Source: Amoebophrya sp. A120
Taxonomy: Eukaryota; Protista; Dinoflagellata
Direction: 5' to 3'
DNA: 64,000 bases
Assembly (NCBI GenBank): GCA_905178155.1
Contig: CAJINV010000013.1
Span: 2,174,281 to 2,238,280, forward strand
Shown here: piece after piece, positions 62,590 to 64,000 of the stretch
Layout: every line of letters starts with the position of its first letter
Position numbering within the stretch: position 1 is the first letter of the stretch
Notes under the pieces: generated by a model
Told to the model about the DNA's origin: nothing
The model's input: the letters and a program-made list of their open reading frames with translations, nothing else
Databases searched by the model: none
Made by a program: the position numbers and the translations under genes

Positions 62590-64000
62590 TCCGAAGAATC
62601 TGCGCATGGACAATAGTTCCTGCGGAGGGACGAGACACGGCCGAAAAGGGCCTGCTTACCTCGGTGTCGCGGTCGCAGGCAAAGTGCTTGGTCGTGCTGT
62701 CAAAGGCTGCGCGGGCCAGCAGCTGCGCCGGCAAGCGGGTTCTTCACTTGCCGCAAGGATGGCGATCCCACCACCCCGGCTTCGATTGTTTCGACGTCAG
62801 CCCGCTGTGTTACTTCCGCGCAGGATAAGTAGAAAGACGTTTTCGTGCGTTCTTGGCTAAACTTGGCCAAAGCGCCTACACGTGGTTGAACTGTTGACTG
62901 GGATACAACGCGTGTGGTCCGGCAACTTGATCCGCTTGCCGCCGCGGTCTCCTGGTCGTGAGGCACTGCCCCGCGGCTGCGAAAAGACACCGCGACTCGT
63001 CAAACCCGAAGCGGCTCTGGTCTCCGGCCAACGAACGGCACGGGCGTGGTGTTCCTGTTAATCGATCGGGGTATAACTTTGCGGGCGGCCGGGTTGTGTC
63101 TACTTACTCTGAGTCCGGCCTCGTGCAGTGTGGAGTGGATCCTTAGCCGTACGGGTCTTGGAGGCATGAACTCATGTACTTCACCGCGGCCCCACGGGCC
63201 GGCGCCGCCACGGCACACGGACCCAGAAGATCCCGCCAACGCCGATCAGCCCCGCAGAGCCCGCTCGCGGCAACAGAATCTGGCACAAATCGCCGCAGCT
63301 TCAGCACCCCTTCATTATGATTGCTGGAAGAACATCGAGTGTCTGATTCCGAAAGTTCGTTGCAATCTTACATGCCGGTTACCAACATTGTGTAATGCAA
63401 ACCCAATCTCCACTTAACGCCCAAACGAACAAAGTAACTTCACGTCGGTACGCTGTGTGTAGAGGAAGATTAGGGCCGGGCTCTTCTAAATGCATCTGCT
63501 TCTTTATTTGCACACAACGACTAATGTAGATGTACAACGACAACCTTTTCAAAGAGGGCCTGTGTGTTAGCAGTCCATTATGTTTCTAATTTCTTCGCAA
63601 AAGACGGTGGCACCAAAGTACGGCGCTGCAGTTTTGACTACGGAACCTTGTTCAACCACCACGCTTTCAAGCGCTGCACTCGGAGGTCAGTTCAGACTTA
63701 TTTTGCGAGCAACATGCAGTACGTAGCAATTCGCGCCTCTGCCTCATTTGTGCTGATATGACGCGGGTATGCCGCCGCCGTCCTGCTTTGACCGCAGTCG
63801 TTCGTGAACGCAGCACGAAGGCCACTCTCTTGCACTACTTGAAAGCGGCGCTCGACCATTCTCTCTTTTTTGCGGAACGCGCAGCAGGCGCCGCGCATTT
63901 CGTTTCTCAACACTCCCACTCTTGCACTCTGACGGCCCGCTGGTGGCTTCTCTCGCACTTGCAGTGAAACCGCTGGCGTCTGGAAACGACGGCGCGGTCG

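Noticed and set aside
1-64000. Pseudogene interpretation of the fragmented ORFs; autonomous transposase; spliced-leader relics
   Set aside because: Frames and catalytic motifs are restored by introner removal. No DDE, tyrosine-recombinase or RT motif and no DinoSL sequence were recognised by eye.

Overview
Eukaryotic, gene-dense genomic DNA, most consistent with a parasitic dinoflagellate of the genus Amoebophrya (Syndiniales). This is an inference from the intron type and gene organisation. About 14 protein-coding genes lie head-to-tail, all on the minus strand: a WD40-like protein, a KOW/SH3-like repeat protein, several secreted orphans, an isochorismatase, a secreted kinase, an acyl-protein thioesterase, a SURP-KOW-KOW-WW protein, STT3, and an SH3-ankyrin-kinesin-14. 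The genes are interrupted by at least 40 non-canonical introns (introners). These are 110-470 bp (one expanded to 1.45 kb), start and end with TA (mostly TAT...ATA), have terminal inverted repeats from several families, and are flanked by 5-bp direct repeats; a few ordinary GT-AG introns also occur. Diverged direct-repeat copies point to a fixed splice register of 4 nt from the upstream copy plus 1 nt from the downstream copy. Other features are nested insertions inside introners, a three-module palindromic element at 27.5-29.0 kb and a GC-rich island. No transposase, rRNA, tRNA or CRISPR was recognised. Gene models were assembled by eye and exon boundaries are approximate.
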